Assembly: GCF_009914755.1 (NCBI RefSeq) | Contig: NC_060944.1 | DNA length: 64,000 nt | Direction: 5' to 3' (one strand) | From: the human T2T-CHM13v2.0 reference genome, Homo sapiens | In this document: piece by piece, positions 21,560-40,005 of the stretch | Position numbering within the stretch: the stretch's first letter is position 1 | Layout of the letters: every line of letters begins with the position of its first letter | Notes under the pieces: model-generated | What the model saw: only the letters and a program-made list of their open reading frames with translations | Databases searched by the model: none | Told to the model about the DNA's origin: nothing | Position numbers and translations under genes: made by a program

Positions 21560-22069
21560 TTAGTGACCTGTCAGGAGTCTCATCTTGACGGGTGGTCTCA
21601 GCAGTAGTTGGCCTTCTTCAGTGGGAACCTGAAGGCCACGGAGGCTTGCCTTCCCATCAGAGCTTGCTGCAGTATCTCCCACCCATGGGTGTACAAAATT
21701 GGAGCTTTTATCCACAGGAATGGAACTTGGATTCATCCTTTGCCTGGGTCTATTAGTGTCTTTTCATCAATGCATCATTGTTCCATTGGGACAACCATAC
21801 AGTAACCAAAAATGTTGGCTGAAGATCAGGGACTTCTGTCTTGGAGGAGAAACCCGAGGATAACCAGTCAGAATATGTGTAGAGGAGATGATAAGGCATA
21901 CAGTTTGGCCTTGACTTCGAATGCAACATTCATTTACTACATGACCATACAGGCCTGGTTTTAAGCCATGCACCTTCTTGTTTTCTAATTCTTTTTTCAA
22001 TCATATGACACTGACACAAGTTATGAAAAGACTGGGCAAGTGAGGGATGTTCTTTATTTGTCCTCTGTG

Positions 22070-23040
22070 TCAGCCAGTTATCACCATGACAGTGCTGTGA
22101 AACAACCATGAAATTGGCACACAACAATTCCTATTTATTTCTCATGTGAGTAGGGTGTCTGGGATGACTCTACTGATCTCCTGTATCTATAAGTTAGCTG
22201 GGTGTTACAAGCTGAGCTAAGCTTGGATCAGATAGGCGGCTCTGCCTCAAGTTACTCTTTGGGTGAGTTTGCCTCTGGGTGCTGGATTGAGTTCTGGTCT
22301 GCTTCTGTGTTCATTCTGTGGCCCTAGGCTGAAGGGCAGTGGCTGTCTAGGAAAAGGCTTTTAATAGAGATGATAAAAGCACAAGGAAGTGGAAACACGT
22401 GAGAACTCTTAAAGCTAAGGCTCAGTAGGGACACACTACCACTTCTTCCCTATTTCATTGGCCAGGGAAAGCCACACTGTCAAGCCCAATATCAGTAGTT
22501 AGGAAAATATAATCCTCTTTTCCGAGTCCATGGCAAGAATGTGGATGCAAAATACTATGTAAGGAAGTGAGGAACGTGGCCAATACGTCAGTCCACTATA
22601 TCTTCCAACTGGAAACTACGTTTCTGTGGATATACATGACCCATTCCTTTATAAAATTCCTCTTGGCAAAGAGTGCTGGCTGTTCACCAAACATCACTTT
22701 CCTACCCTTCCTGGATATACAGCTAGGACACATTTCCCAGCCTTCTTCGTACTTAGATGTGACTATGTGACTGGTTTTGGTAAATGGCATGTGAGTGGAA
22801 GTATGTCATTTTTCAAGCTAAGACTTTCCTCTGCTGCTGGTTTTATGCAGATTACTACAAGACCTTAACGGTTGTTGGAGGCACAAGATGGAATGAGCCT
22901 AGATCCCTGAATCACTATGTGGAGGAAGGCCATTATGAAACAGGAATATTCCTTTATTGTGTCCGTAAGATCTAAACTTCTATTACGTTGGAGTCATTTA
23001 TTCTTGGGTCTCTGTTCCACTAGCCAGCATTACTGTAACT
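22070..23040. mobile_element. Degraded MaLR (MLT1-type) LTR fragments
   Basis: ctatttcattggccagggaaagccaca; catttcccagccttcttcgtacttagatgtgactatgtgact. Confidence 0.5.
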
Positions 23041-23657
23041 AACATATTTCTTAAAGCCCTTCTTTGTTACTCACCTTTCATCATACATGGTAACCCAGCG
23101 CCTTGTGATGGTGGGTGTGAAGTGCTCCGCACATGTGAAATCTGACTGTGATCAATGCTTTACTAATGTTCCAACACAAAATGGAATCTAAGTCAGCTGC
23201 ACTAATGTGACAGAGACTGGTGCTAATAATTACTGACATTTGGAGAGGACCTGATGGCTTGGACATCACTTTTCACACCCTTTATTCTTTTTAATCCTTA
23301 CTACATCCCCGAGAGGCAGACTTTTATCATTACCTCCATTTTACAGAAGACAAAATGGAGTTCTCCAAACTTGCCGAAGGCTTCACAGCTGGCCATTAGA
23401 TACCCGCACCCGACCTCCTTCCCCTCGTTGTCCTGTGAGGAAACGATGAGGAGACTTCTCAGCTCCACTCCATTTTACACCAATCAGGCTCCAAAGGCCT
23501 CCTTGGTGAGGTAGAAAAACAGATTCTACCCAAGGCTGCTGGTGCTGCTGGTGTGACTTATAAGGAGAATTTGCAGTTCCCAGGCTTTAGTTGAACCTGC
23601 CTGCCCTAGGAATCTGTTCTTGAAGACAACAGCAAGGTATTCCTGGGGGCTTCTGCT

Positions 23658-27490
<3,833 letters not shown>

Positions 27491-28378
27491 CATCTTCAGT
27501 TCAGTGGGGCAAGTACTCCAGCATCTCTGCCACTGTTGCCCTTAGTGCCTCCAGTGCCATCCTTCCACCCTCCTCCCGGTGGATTCTGGGTGACTCCTGC
27601 CTCCTCACATGGCTTGCTTCTCTTCTTTTTTATTTTTATTTTTTAAAGATACATTCTGTTTGATGTTCCCAGCATTGCTCACTTCCATACACTAATTTTC
27701 AGTGGTGCATCTTGTTGGCAGGGCCTGGCTGCTGCCAGCGCTTCAGCTGCAAAGGAGACTGGGAAAGAGTGTTTCTGGCTTTGGCATGTGGGGAGGGGTT
27801 GGGGATTCATGACATGGAAAGGTCCCCTAACATAGAAAGATGTTCAAAAGGTACTGGCACTCCTGAAATGTAATGAAGGTCTTCAACCATGGCCAATACT
27901 TTTTGGGAACTTAATGTGTTCTTGGCACACAGCTCTGGGTCCGTTCACCTTCTAAAGATAAACAGGGCCCTGAAATCACCTTTCCTCACTCTCCACCACA
28001 TGAATTAGGATGAATTGACTCTAGGGATGGGTGTGTGACTCAGACTCAACTAATCTGAATATCAGAACCTCAGTGATTAGTTTGGAATGATATGTGAACC
28101 AGTCCAAGGCAACTAGGTGTCACCTTGGCTTTTTGCTGAAATAAATGAGGACTTGGGCTGTGAGGGTGGAGCCTAGAGCTGCTGGAAGCCAACTTCCTAC
28201 TGCAAAGAACAGAGATGAAAGATAGGGGAAGGAAGACCAAATCCTGATGTATTTTGTGCTTCTTGGTACCTGAATCAGTCAGACCACCTTTTATGTCAGC
28301 ATATAAATTACCTGTCTGCTTACACCAAGCCAATTTGCATAGTTTCCCATCATTTGTAATCCATCAAGTCCATATTAA

Positions 28379-28720
<342 letters not shown>

Positions 28721-29129
28721 TAGGTACTATTTATTAACCCTGTTTTACAAATGAAGAAACTGAAGCAAAGAGATTAAGCTTACCTAAGGCTACTTAGGGG
28801 CAGAATTCAAATCCAGGAGATATAATTCTGAGAGCTAACAAATATTCTGCTCTCCTTGGTGACCCAGGAGGATTCACAGAGGAGGTTGTGACATGTAGAC
28901 TAACATTTAACCCCAAGAGGGCATAGGGATTTGTGGGGAGGGGTGAGGAGAAGAGGCTTCCAGGGGATGGAATAGCTTGGGCAATGACAAGGCTTTTTCT
29001 GCTGAGAGGAAACCTCACCTGAAATTCACTTGTCCCAGTCCTGAAGCCTGTCCCCAAGCGGTTCCCTCTTGGAGGGGAGCATCAAACCCCATTTCTCCAG
29101 GGCCACCTCTACCCTCCTGGCTTCTGGAC

Positions 29130-30500
29130 CTCTGCCGCCGCCCTGTGCTACACGCCGGGGCCTGTCCCGCTGTGGGTCCCCTGCGGGAGGGGGGCCCCTG
29201 CTAGGGAGGGAGGGGGTGCGGGCCCAGATGTGGGCGTGGGACCCGGGTTTCCGAGGCAGGGATCCAGCAGTCTCCGGCTTCAGGGGCTTCTAGCTTCCCG
29301 GCTCCCGGCGGGGCGGGCCCGGGGAGGAGCTCGGCGGGTCCCCGCCCAGAGGCGGAGCGGAGGGCCGGGCCGGAGCGGGGTGGGTAGGGGACGCGAGGCG
29401 GAGCGGGGCCCCACACAGGCCGCGGCGGCTGGCTCGGGCCCCTACGGTCCCGGCGGCGGCTGGAGGAGGAAGCCAGGCGGCTGGCGGAGGAGGAGAGACG
29501 GAGGAGGCCGAGACCGGAGCGCCGCTCGCCGCAGACTTACTTCCCCGGCTCAGCAGGGAAAGGTACGGTGCGCCCGCTCTCCGGCCCCGGGCCCCGGCTC
29601 TCAGCCTCCCCCGGGCGCAGGCAGGGGCTGCGGCCGCCGCGAGAGGGTGAGGGGCCCGGAGCGGTCCCCGAGGGCTCGGCCGGCCCGGGGCTTGGGCGGC
29701 CAGCGCGGCGCTCGGGCGCTCGGGCGGGGGTGCGGGGCGTTCCGGGAGGCTCGCGGGGAGCAGGGGGCGCCGCGCCCCCCTGGCTTCCGCCGGGGTAAGC
29801 AGTGGTGTGGGCCGGGGTGGCGGCGATCCCGGCGCCAGGGCTGCTCGGCCCGGGCCGGGCGCCGGGGGTAGAGGGCCGGACGGACCCCCGGGCTGCGTGC
29901 GGGAGGGGAGCGTCCCGGGCGCCCTGCAGGCGCGCTCCGTGGGCGCAGACAAAGCCGGGCGCGGACGCCCCGCGACGACTCGGGCTGCCGGGAGGGTGGG
30001 CACCGGGGAGAGGACAGAAGGCTCCCGGGTGATGGCCCGAACGCCAGGAGAGGCTGTGCTGACTTCCCCCTCTGGGCTCCGGGCGTCCGGGTGGTCCCCT
30101 TGGGGCCCCGGGCAGGGTGAGGAGCAGCTTTCTCTTAAGGGCCAACTAGGGGCTCACGGGTTGTCCCGGGCTTGGCGGGAGCCGGGCTCGCAAAGGGTTC
30201 GGGTGTGTTGGAGGGCTCACTTTGTGGGAGGGGCTGAGGGAAGCCACTGCCCTGGGGTAGGGGCGAGGGCTCCTTTAGAGCAGTTGAGGGGCCCGCGGAG
30301 CTTGCGCCAGGGGGACTTGGCCCGATGAGATACGCTCGGTGCCCGGCACGTATAGTGAGAGGTGCCCACAGGTTGTTTGCAGAACCTGCTGTTGGTGGCA
30401 CATCACGTACCAGTCTGTGGGGGCAACTTGGCCGTGATTGGAGCCAGCAGTAGGTGCCCTGGGGTTACCGGGAGCGACGCGGGCCGGGGTGCCATGCATC
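29130..30500. promoter_or_regulatory. SMOX: CpG island / TATA-less SMOX promoter with GC boxes and G-rich tracts
   Basis: Abrupt rise in GC and CpG density; GGGGCGGG and GGGCGG boxes at ~29308-29410; surrounds exon 1. Confidence 0.92.
29410..29562 (+). other. SMOX: SMOX exon 1 (non-coding 5' UTR)
   Basis: Ends ...CAGCAGGGAAAG|GTACGG (donor GT 29563-29564) inside the CpG island; no AUG; start approximate. Confidence 0.82.
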
Positions 30501-30959
30501 CGAAAGTGTGTGCAGTGAAGCCCCCACATTTGCATTCGGCCACCACTGCCCCCTGGCCTCTTGTTAGGCGGAGAGGGCATCCCAATTCCTGCCGCTGGCC
30601 CTGCCTCCGCTTGGACTCCAAGGTCCTCTCCCTGTCCCCCTTTCTTCAGTTACCTCCTCTCTCTCCAGTGTTAGAAGTGGCTTCTATTCCCCTGGATCGT
30701 CCACAGCATTATAAGAAATATGCCTTGGCACCCTGTCTCTCCAATTTTGTAGCCCCCTTTTCGCCTTAATCCCTCATTCCCTCCAGCTTCGGACCTTCTT
30801 CCCTTCACAGCAAAACTTCTCTGGAGAGCCTTCTGCACTCGCTCCTTCAGAGCACAGCTCTTCCGTTCTTTTGCTGGCTTGCCCTGACTTCGGTCCCACC
30901 CCTTCACTGAAACAGCCTCAGCCAAGCTCTCCAGTGAGCTCCACGCCCCCAAAAGCAAG

Positions 30960-32490
<1,531 letters not shown>

Positions 32491-33279
32491 ATCTTCAGCC
32501 AGGTGGCAGGTTGGGGCTGGATTGGGCAGAGAGGTGGGTATTGCAGTGAGCACAGGAGTCCTCTTTAAACTTCAAGTGACCCTGAGGATTTTTATTTTCT
32601 TTCCACAAAAGCAACTGTGCAGATTGCTGCAAGAATCTAAGGGCGCCAATGGGATGTGAAAAAGGGAAGTGGAGAAGGTATGCGTGGCTGGAGGGCAGGG
32701 CTGTATGCCGAGGGCAGCCGGTGGGATGTGAGTCTGTGTGTGTGTCACTGTGGTTGGGGTAAATGATTTCCTTTGCTTTCTTTGGTAGAAATGCAAGCTG
32801 GGTCAGCAGAGGGATATGTGTGCATGTTGGGTGGGAGGGAGATTCTCTAGCTCACAAGATGTGGGCAGCCTGGGCAGCCAGGGATTGATTTCAGCCCACT
32901 CTCTTGGGTGACTGCTGGGTACCCAGCCCTGGGGTGGTCTCTCTCTATCTCTAGACTCTTGCCTTTCTACCCACAGCTCTCCTGTTTGCACAGAGGAGCC
33001 AGTTGAGTGTTAAATTGTGTGGCTGGTACTCTCAGAATGGAAGGCTGAGAGCCAGGGGACCTCAGATCTGGGAGGGAGGGGAGCTGACCCCTGGACAGGG
33101 GGACAGGGGTGGACTGAGGTAACACCGCGACGTGGGTGCTAGAACTAGGGGCAGTGGTCCAGATCTGGGATGGGGCTGGCATGCCTAGGAAAGACCTTGA
33201 GCTGGGATAGGTAGGGATGAGGAGGGCATCCTGGGTGGGAGGAATCAAGCAGAGGCCAAGAGGCAGGGCAGGGCCCTGG

Positions 33280-33560
33280 TATATTCACTGCATGCCCTGC
33301 ATTGTTCTAAGCACTTTGCAAATGTTAACTCCTTTAATGCTCTTAACAGCTCTATAAGGTAGGTCTTATTCCCATTTTACAGCTGGGAAGACTGAGGCAC
33401 AGTCATACAGCTAAATAGTGACAGAATGAGGATTGAATCCAAACATTTTACAGACGGGAGGACTGAGTCATAGTCATACAACTAAATAATAACAGAGTAA
33501 GGATTGAATCCAAACAACTTGGCTCCAGAATCCATGCTTGAAATCGGTCCACTCTGCCAC
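33280..33560 (-). mobile_element. MIR with internal 71-bp tandem duplication
   Basis: MIR core attcccattttacag..gaagactgaggcacag; copies 33373-33443 and 33444-33514. Confidence 0.8.
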
Positions 33561-34829
33561 TTCTCTCATGCCTCTCAGTTATGTGTCAGCCGAGGGCTTC
33601 CTAAGAAGAGGCTTTTCCTGCCTCCCAGAGGTGCCTGGCCTTAGGGGCTGGGGAGGTGGGAAAGAAGGTAGAAGGGGTCCTCGCTTGGAGTGGGTGACCG
33701 AATTTTTCTGCTTCATGCCCCACTTTTTCTTCCAGGAGGGGCTCCGGACCCAGGCCAATGGGTTGGGCATCACGTACACTGTGATTTTGGGGTGCTGGGA
33801 AGGTCTGCTGCTTCTGGTTCAGCTACCGCTTTCTGCCTGAGATGCCATCATTAGAATGTCACCCTTCTGGGTTTAGCATTGCCCTCGTCATCTGCCTGTA
33901 AAATGGGATTAGAGGGACTTTTTTTCTTTGCTCCCTGGAGGTCACATGCTTGAGTGCCTTCTCCTTGTAGACTCTGAAAGGAGGAAAGGCTTCCCCTGGG
34001 ATGCCAGGCTGAGGAACTGGGCCAGGAAGGAGGGAGGAGGGTGTGTCAGCTCTGCCCTGGGAGGCTTTCCTGTTTGGCACGAGGATGACTCTAGGCAGGT
34101 GACCTGGCCTCCCAGGGACCTGGCTGGCTGGCTGAGGAACGGTTTGCTGACCACACAGGGATGGGGTCTGTTTTCTCTGAATTCTGAGCCCCAGAGTTGA
34201 GGGGATCTGCTCATCTATCTGGACAGATCCTGCCAGCCTCCTAGGAAGAGAGGGAGGCAGGGTTAGTGGAAACTGAGGCACAGGGAAAACATTGCTGTTG
34301 GAAGCTCACCAGCCTTCATGGTTGTCAGGAAGGGCTCCCTTCTCTGGCAGGGGAGCATGGGGGAGGCCTGTCCACGGTGCCCAAGTCCTTGTCTGCTGAG
34401 TCGAAGTGAAGGCTGTGGCCAAGCCTGAGGCGGGCAGGCTAGAGCTGAGGTGGACTTCCTGACAAGTAGACACTGGGCCTTGTTAGCTGTGGTCAGCACC
34501 TGGCATCTCCTGTGCCCCAGCCTGGTGTTCAGAGCCTTTGGGAACACAGGACACGGTTCCTGCTCTCCAGGAAATAAACGTGAGCCATGCCAGGTGTGAT
34601 ATAATGAGGTCCTCCTCCCAGAGGAGGTGGTGCTTTGGGAGGGTTCTGAAATCTTGGGCGGCTTTGGCCGACAGAGGAGAGGATGGCCTTCCTAAGGTGG
34701 AGGAGGAGAAGTGGGTTGAAGCCAGGTTGGGAAAGGCCTTGGCTGCCAAGCTGCTGAGTCTGGCCTTGATTCAGTAGACCCTGGGGAGCCTTTGAAGGTT
34801 ATAGGGCATGGGGGCAATTACTTGATTAG

Positions 34830-35320
34830 GGCAGTGGTCTATAAAAGTGCTTTTCAAACTTGAATGCACATAGATCACCTAGGCAGCTTGTTAAAATGCA
34901 TGTCTGTCCTGTCTGATTCACCAGGTCTGGGGTGAGGCCTGTGACTCCGCATTTCTTTCTTTCTTTCTTTCTTTTTTTGAGACGGAGTCTTGCTCTGTTG
35001 TCCAAGCTGGAGTGCAGTGACAGGATCTCGGCTCACTGCAACCTTCGCCTCCTGGATTTAAACAATTCTCCTGCCTCAGCCTTCTGAGTAGCAGTAGCTG
35101 GGATTACAGGTGCCCACCACCATCTTTAGTAGAGACAGGGTTTCACCATATTGGTCAGGCTGGTCTCGAACTCCTGGCTTCAAGTGACCCACCTGCCTCA
35201 GCCTCCCAAAGTGTTGGGATTACAGGCATGAACCACTGTGCCTGGCCTGAGACTGCATTTTTAATAAGCTCCTTGGCAGTGCAATGCTGCTGCTCCATGG
35301 AGCACGCTTTGTATAGCAAG
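34830..35320. mobile_element. MER5-type DNA transposon split by antisense Alu (34952-35247)
   Basis: tcaaacttgaatgcacatagatcacctagg...ctgcatttttaataagctcc. Confidence 0.75.
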
Positions 35321-37258
35321 GATTTAGACTGGAGTCTTGAGGGACGAGTGCAGTTCAGGTGGGTGGAACAGGGAACTAACTACCTTGGCTCCTGAGGCTC
35401 CTGTGTTGCGGGATGTGTAGGGAGCTGCCGGGGTAGGGGGTGGGGGTGGTGCAGGTGGGCTGGGGGCAGGACAGAGGGGACTGTAGAAGATGTGAGATGC
35501 AGGGGCCACTCTGCTGGGAGCTGGGGCTGTGTGAGGGCCTCTGGGTGCTTGGGTCATAGACCAGGAACATAGGTCTGATTTCCAGGGCCTCTGACTGTAA
35601 GGAGCTCCCAAGACCACGAGGGGGTATCTTGGGTGACTGTATCCCGGGGCAGGGTGACATGCAGACAGCACGGAGGGCACCTTATCTCTGTCCACAGCCG
35701 AGCCTGGCACTGTGGGCAACCAATCTGGGGTGAGCACCCTTCCTCCAGCCAGGGCGGGGCCGAGAGATTGGGGAAACAGCTGATCCGGCCCTCTAGCTCC
35801 AGCTGTGACGTGTCCTCATAGAAGACGGTAGTCTCCCCAGCTGCCGGGCCATCACCCCAGCGTGTGCAGTGCCTGTCACCCTGGCCCAAGTCCTTGTTGC
35901 TGCCGCTGATGGTTACGTGAGCTGCTGTCACTGATGGTTACATGAGCTGCTGTCGGGGGTCTTATCCCACTCTGGCCACCTCTGCGGCGTACGTGGGAGT
36001 GGGGGGGGCCTGGATGCTTCTCTCTGCTCTGCCCTGGCTGGGCCACTACAGGCAAGTGTCTGCTCCTCTCTGAGGTGTCAGTCTCCTCATCTGTAAACTG
36101 AGGGGTTCAGGTCCCTCCAGGGGGGTTATCACACGGTTTGCTGGGTGGGGCATTGCCTCTTCCCAGAGAGTCAGCTTAACACATTTTAGTTTAATATTAA
36201 ATATTAAAGTTAATATTAAAACTCACATGCTAATGATGGGGTCGAATTAGCAATTTGCTTGGAAAAAACCATCCGGGTTGTTTTGGGGGTCTCCCAAGGC
36301 CCCTTGCACCTCAGGCTCTACATGGCCTGGGGTGCGTATCTGAGGACACTGGTGGGTTGAGTCCCCCCAGTTGCTGGAAGGGGGGTAGCAGTCACTACAC
36401 CCAAAAGAAGGTACAGAGGGCAGACACAAAGGGCAAAGGTTCCACTGCCCTGGGCAGTGCCATGAGGGGCTGGCAGGGTAGGGGTTGACTGGCTCTCAGT
36501 CTGAGCTCCCCAGATATCCCACACACACCTCCTCAAAGGAGGGCAAGGCCAAGCCAATCACACCCCACTTTGATCCCTGCCCCTGGGCCAGGCCGTCCTG
36601 CGGGATGGGAGGGGATAACATTTCTCAAAGACTGTTCTGCGCAATCTCAAGCGTTCAGGGGACAAATAAGGGTAGAAACTGGCAAATTCACTCCACTACC
36701 CTACGGGAGATTCAGAATACATTTAAGAGAATTAAAGGTCCTGACAAGTCCTGTAGAAAAGAAACTGTTTAGTGTTTCCCAGCCTGATCTGACCGTGGAA
36801 ATCTTTTTTTTAAATGACTGCCAATAATGTCCCACCCACCAGGAAAACACCTGCTGGGAAAAGCTGATGTGGAAAGATGCTGCTCACTGGAAGGCCACGA
36901 ACATGGTAGCACAGGTGGACTTCCTGGTAGAGGTAGACTTGGTGGGATGGGCACATTTGGACAATCAGTAGAAGAAGAGGGCACTGCAGAGAGAGAGATG
37001 CCAGGCTCCCCTCTGAGGCCTCAGTTTCTTCATCTGTAAATCTTTGCCCCCCATGTCTGCCTCCCCACCTTCCTTTGGGTGTAGCAACTGCTACCCCCCT
37101 GCCAGTGCCTGGTGGGACCTCAACTGACCAGGGCCCTCAGATGTGCCCATCCCACCTCTACCAGGAAGCTCCCTGCCATCCTTCCTTTTCTCCCTGGTAT
37201 TTCTGGGCCGAGAGCCAGCCCTGGGTTCTTGTGGCAATGGCTCTGCCTCACTGGGTGA

Positions 37259-37640
<382 letters not shown>

Positions 37641-38255
37641 TGAGAGGGCCTTTTCCTTATACCTCCCGGGCATTTCCTCGCTTTGCAAGTTCTCCCCAGC
37701 CTTTCATCTCAGAGGTTAACACAGCAGGGTTGTGAACTCTGGACAATAAGCTAAGCCTCTCTGTGCCTCCGTTCCCTCATTTGTACCATGAGGGTAATAT
37801 TACCTCCCTCCTAGGGTGGCTGGGTTGTTGTGACACTCTAATACCGGTTGGCTGCTCTTACTACTGGATTTGACATGGCTGGAGGAGGGACCCTGGGGAG
37901 GGCCCTGTCATCGTGGACATGAGGGAAGAAAGCAAGAGCCAGCAGAAAGCGGCACAAGGCTTAGGTTGGGGTCCTGGTTAGACCAGAGTAGCCTGCAGAG
38001 GAGAAGAAAGAGGGTGTGGGTAGCTAGCAGGACTGGCTTCCTGGAGGAATGGCCAGTTAGGTGGGGAGATCTGGACAGAATGAGAAGTCACAGGTTTGAG
38101 TCTGAGAGTCAGAGGATCCTGGTGGGTGTGTGTAGGGGACAAGTGGCCTGCGGGCAGGGAGGAGGCATCAGGGACTACCTTCGTTCACTGGGCTGTGGCA
38201 GCCCACAGAAGGTTTTGAGCAGGGCAGTGATGTGATCAGAGCAGTGCATTAGTGA

Positions 38256-38783
<528 letters not shown>

Positions 38784-39709
38784 GGGGTGTGGTATTTTAA
38801 ATACCCAGGAGGAGCTACGGTGGTGCGTGGGGCAACGTTGGCCCTCCGACCTGACCCGAAGGCCCTGGTGGGGCATGCTCAGTGGATTTTCCTACCCAGC
38901 CCTAGCTCCCCTCTCTTGTCCTCCTTTGCCCCTTTGTCTTTCTTCCTCAAGCATGTAGGAGCCCAGTGCTCTCTAAATCTGGGGCTGGGAGGTTGGAGGA
39001 TGAGGAAAAGCATCTGGATTCAGGTGGAGCATGGTGGCCTAGCTGGGGGCATTGCAGCACCCCTTAGTCCAGATTCCCTTCTTCTCCACCTGCTTCTTGA
39101 GGGACGGCATTAAGGAAGGTGTGACTTAAAGTCAGAAGAACAAGAACTTGGAAGTGAGTTGCAATTTATTAGAAAACAGAACAAAGAATCTAGCCACCCC
39201 TGCCAACTCTGTGCTAGGCCCTGGCAGACACATGGGTCCTGTCTTCCCCATGCAGCCCCGGGGGCCTGAGTGAGGCATGATGGGTCTCACTCAGTTTCTG
39301 GGACATCTGTCTCGATGCCCTTTCGTCAACCCCATGGCTCTCTCAGAGCCTGTCCTCATACCTTCAACTGCTCCCCACCCATAACCAGATCTCCGGGACA
39401 GCCCAGCTCAGCCAGCGCACCTCTGATCCTGGCGGGTGGTGGTGATACTCCTTGCAGGCTGAGTTGGCTAGATTTTAGGATGACTCAAGCAGGAGACACC
39501 CAGCACCACCAAGGGGCATATATTCTTAGGAAATATTTTTAAATGATGCCTTTAAATGTTAAACACACAGGGACCTTTTACTCTCTCTTATTTTGGAAAA
39601 TTAAAAAAAAAAATCATACACAATGCAAAACCTTGAGAGTTAATCTGAAAAGGTTTGGAGTTTAAAAAGTAACTCAAGGAAAGACAATGAACTGGACTTC
39701 TTCATTAGA

Positions 39710-40005
<296 letters not shown>

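Noticed and set aside
29757-29773. CTCF-like GGAGCAGGGGGCGC
   Set aside because: Lacks the leading CC of the core and lies in very GC-rich DNA where partial matches are frequent
29201-30328. Several long overlapping ORFs (up to 237 aa) on both strands
   Set aside because: Pro/Arg/Gly/Ala-rich translations expected from a stop-poor CpG island; no recognisable domain
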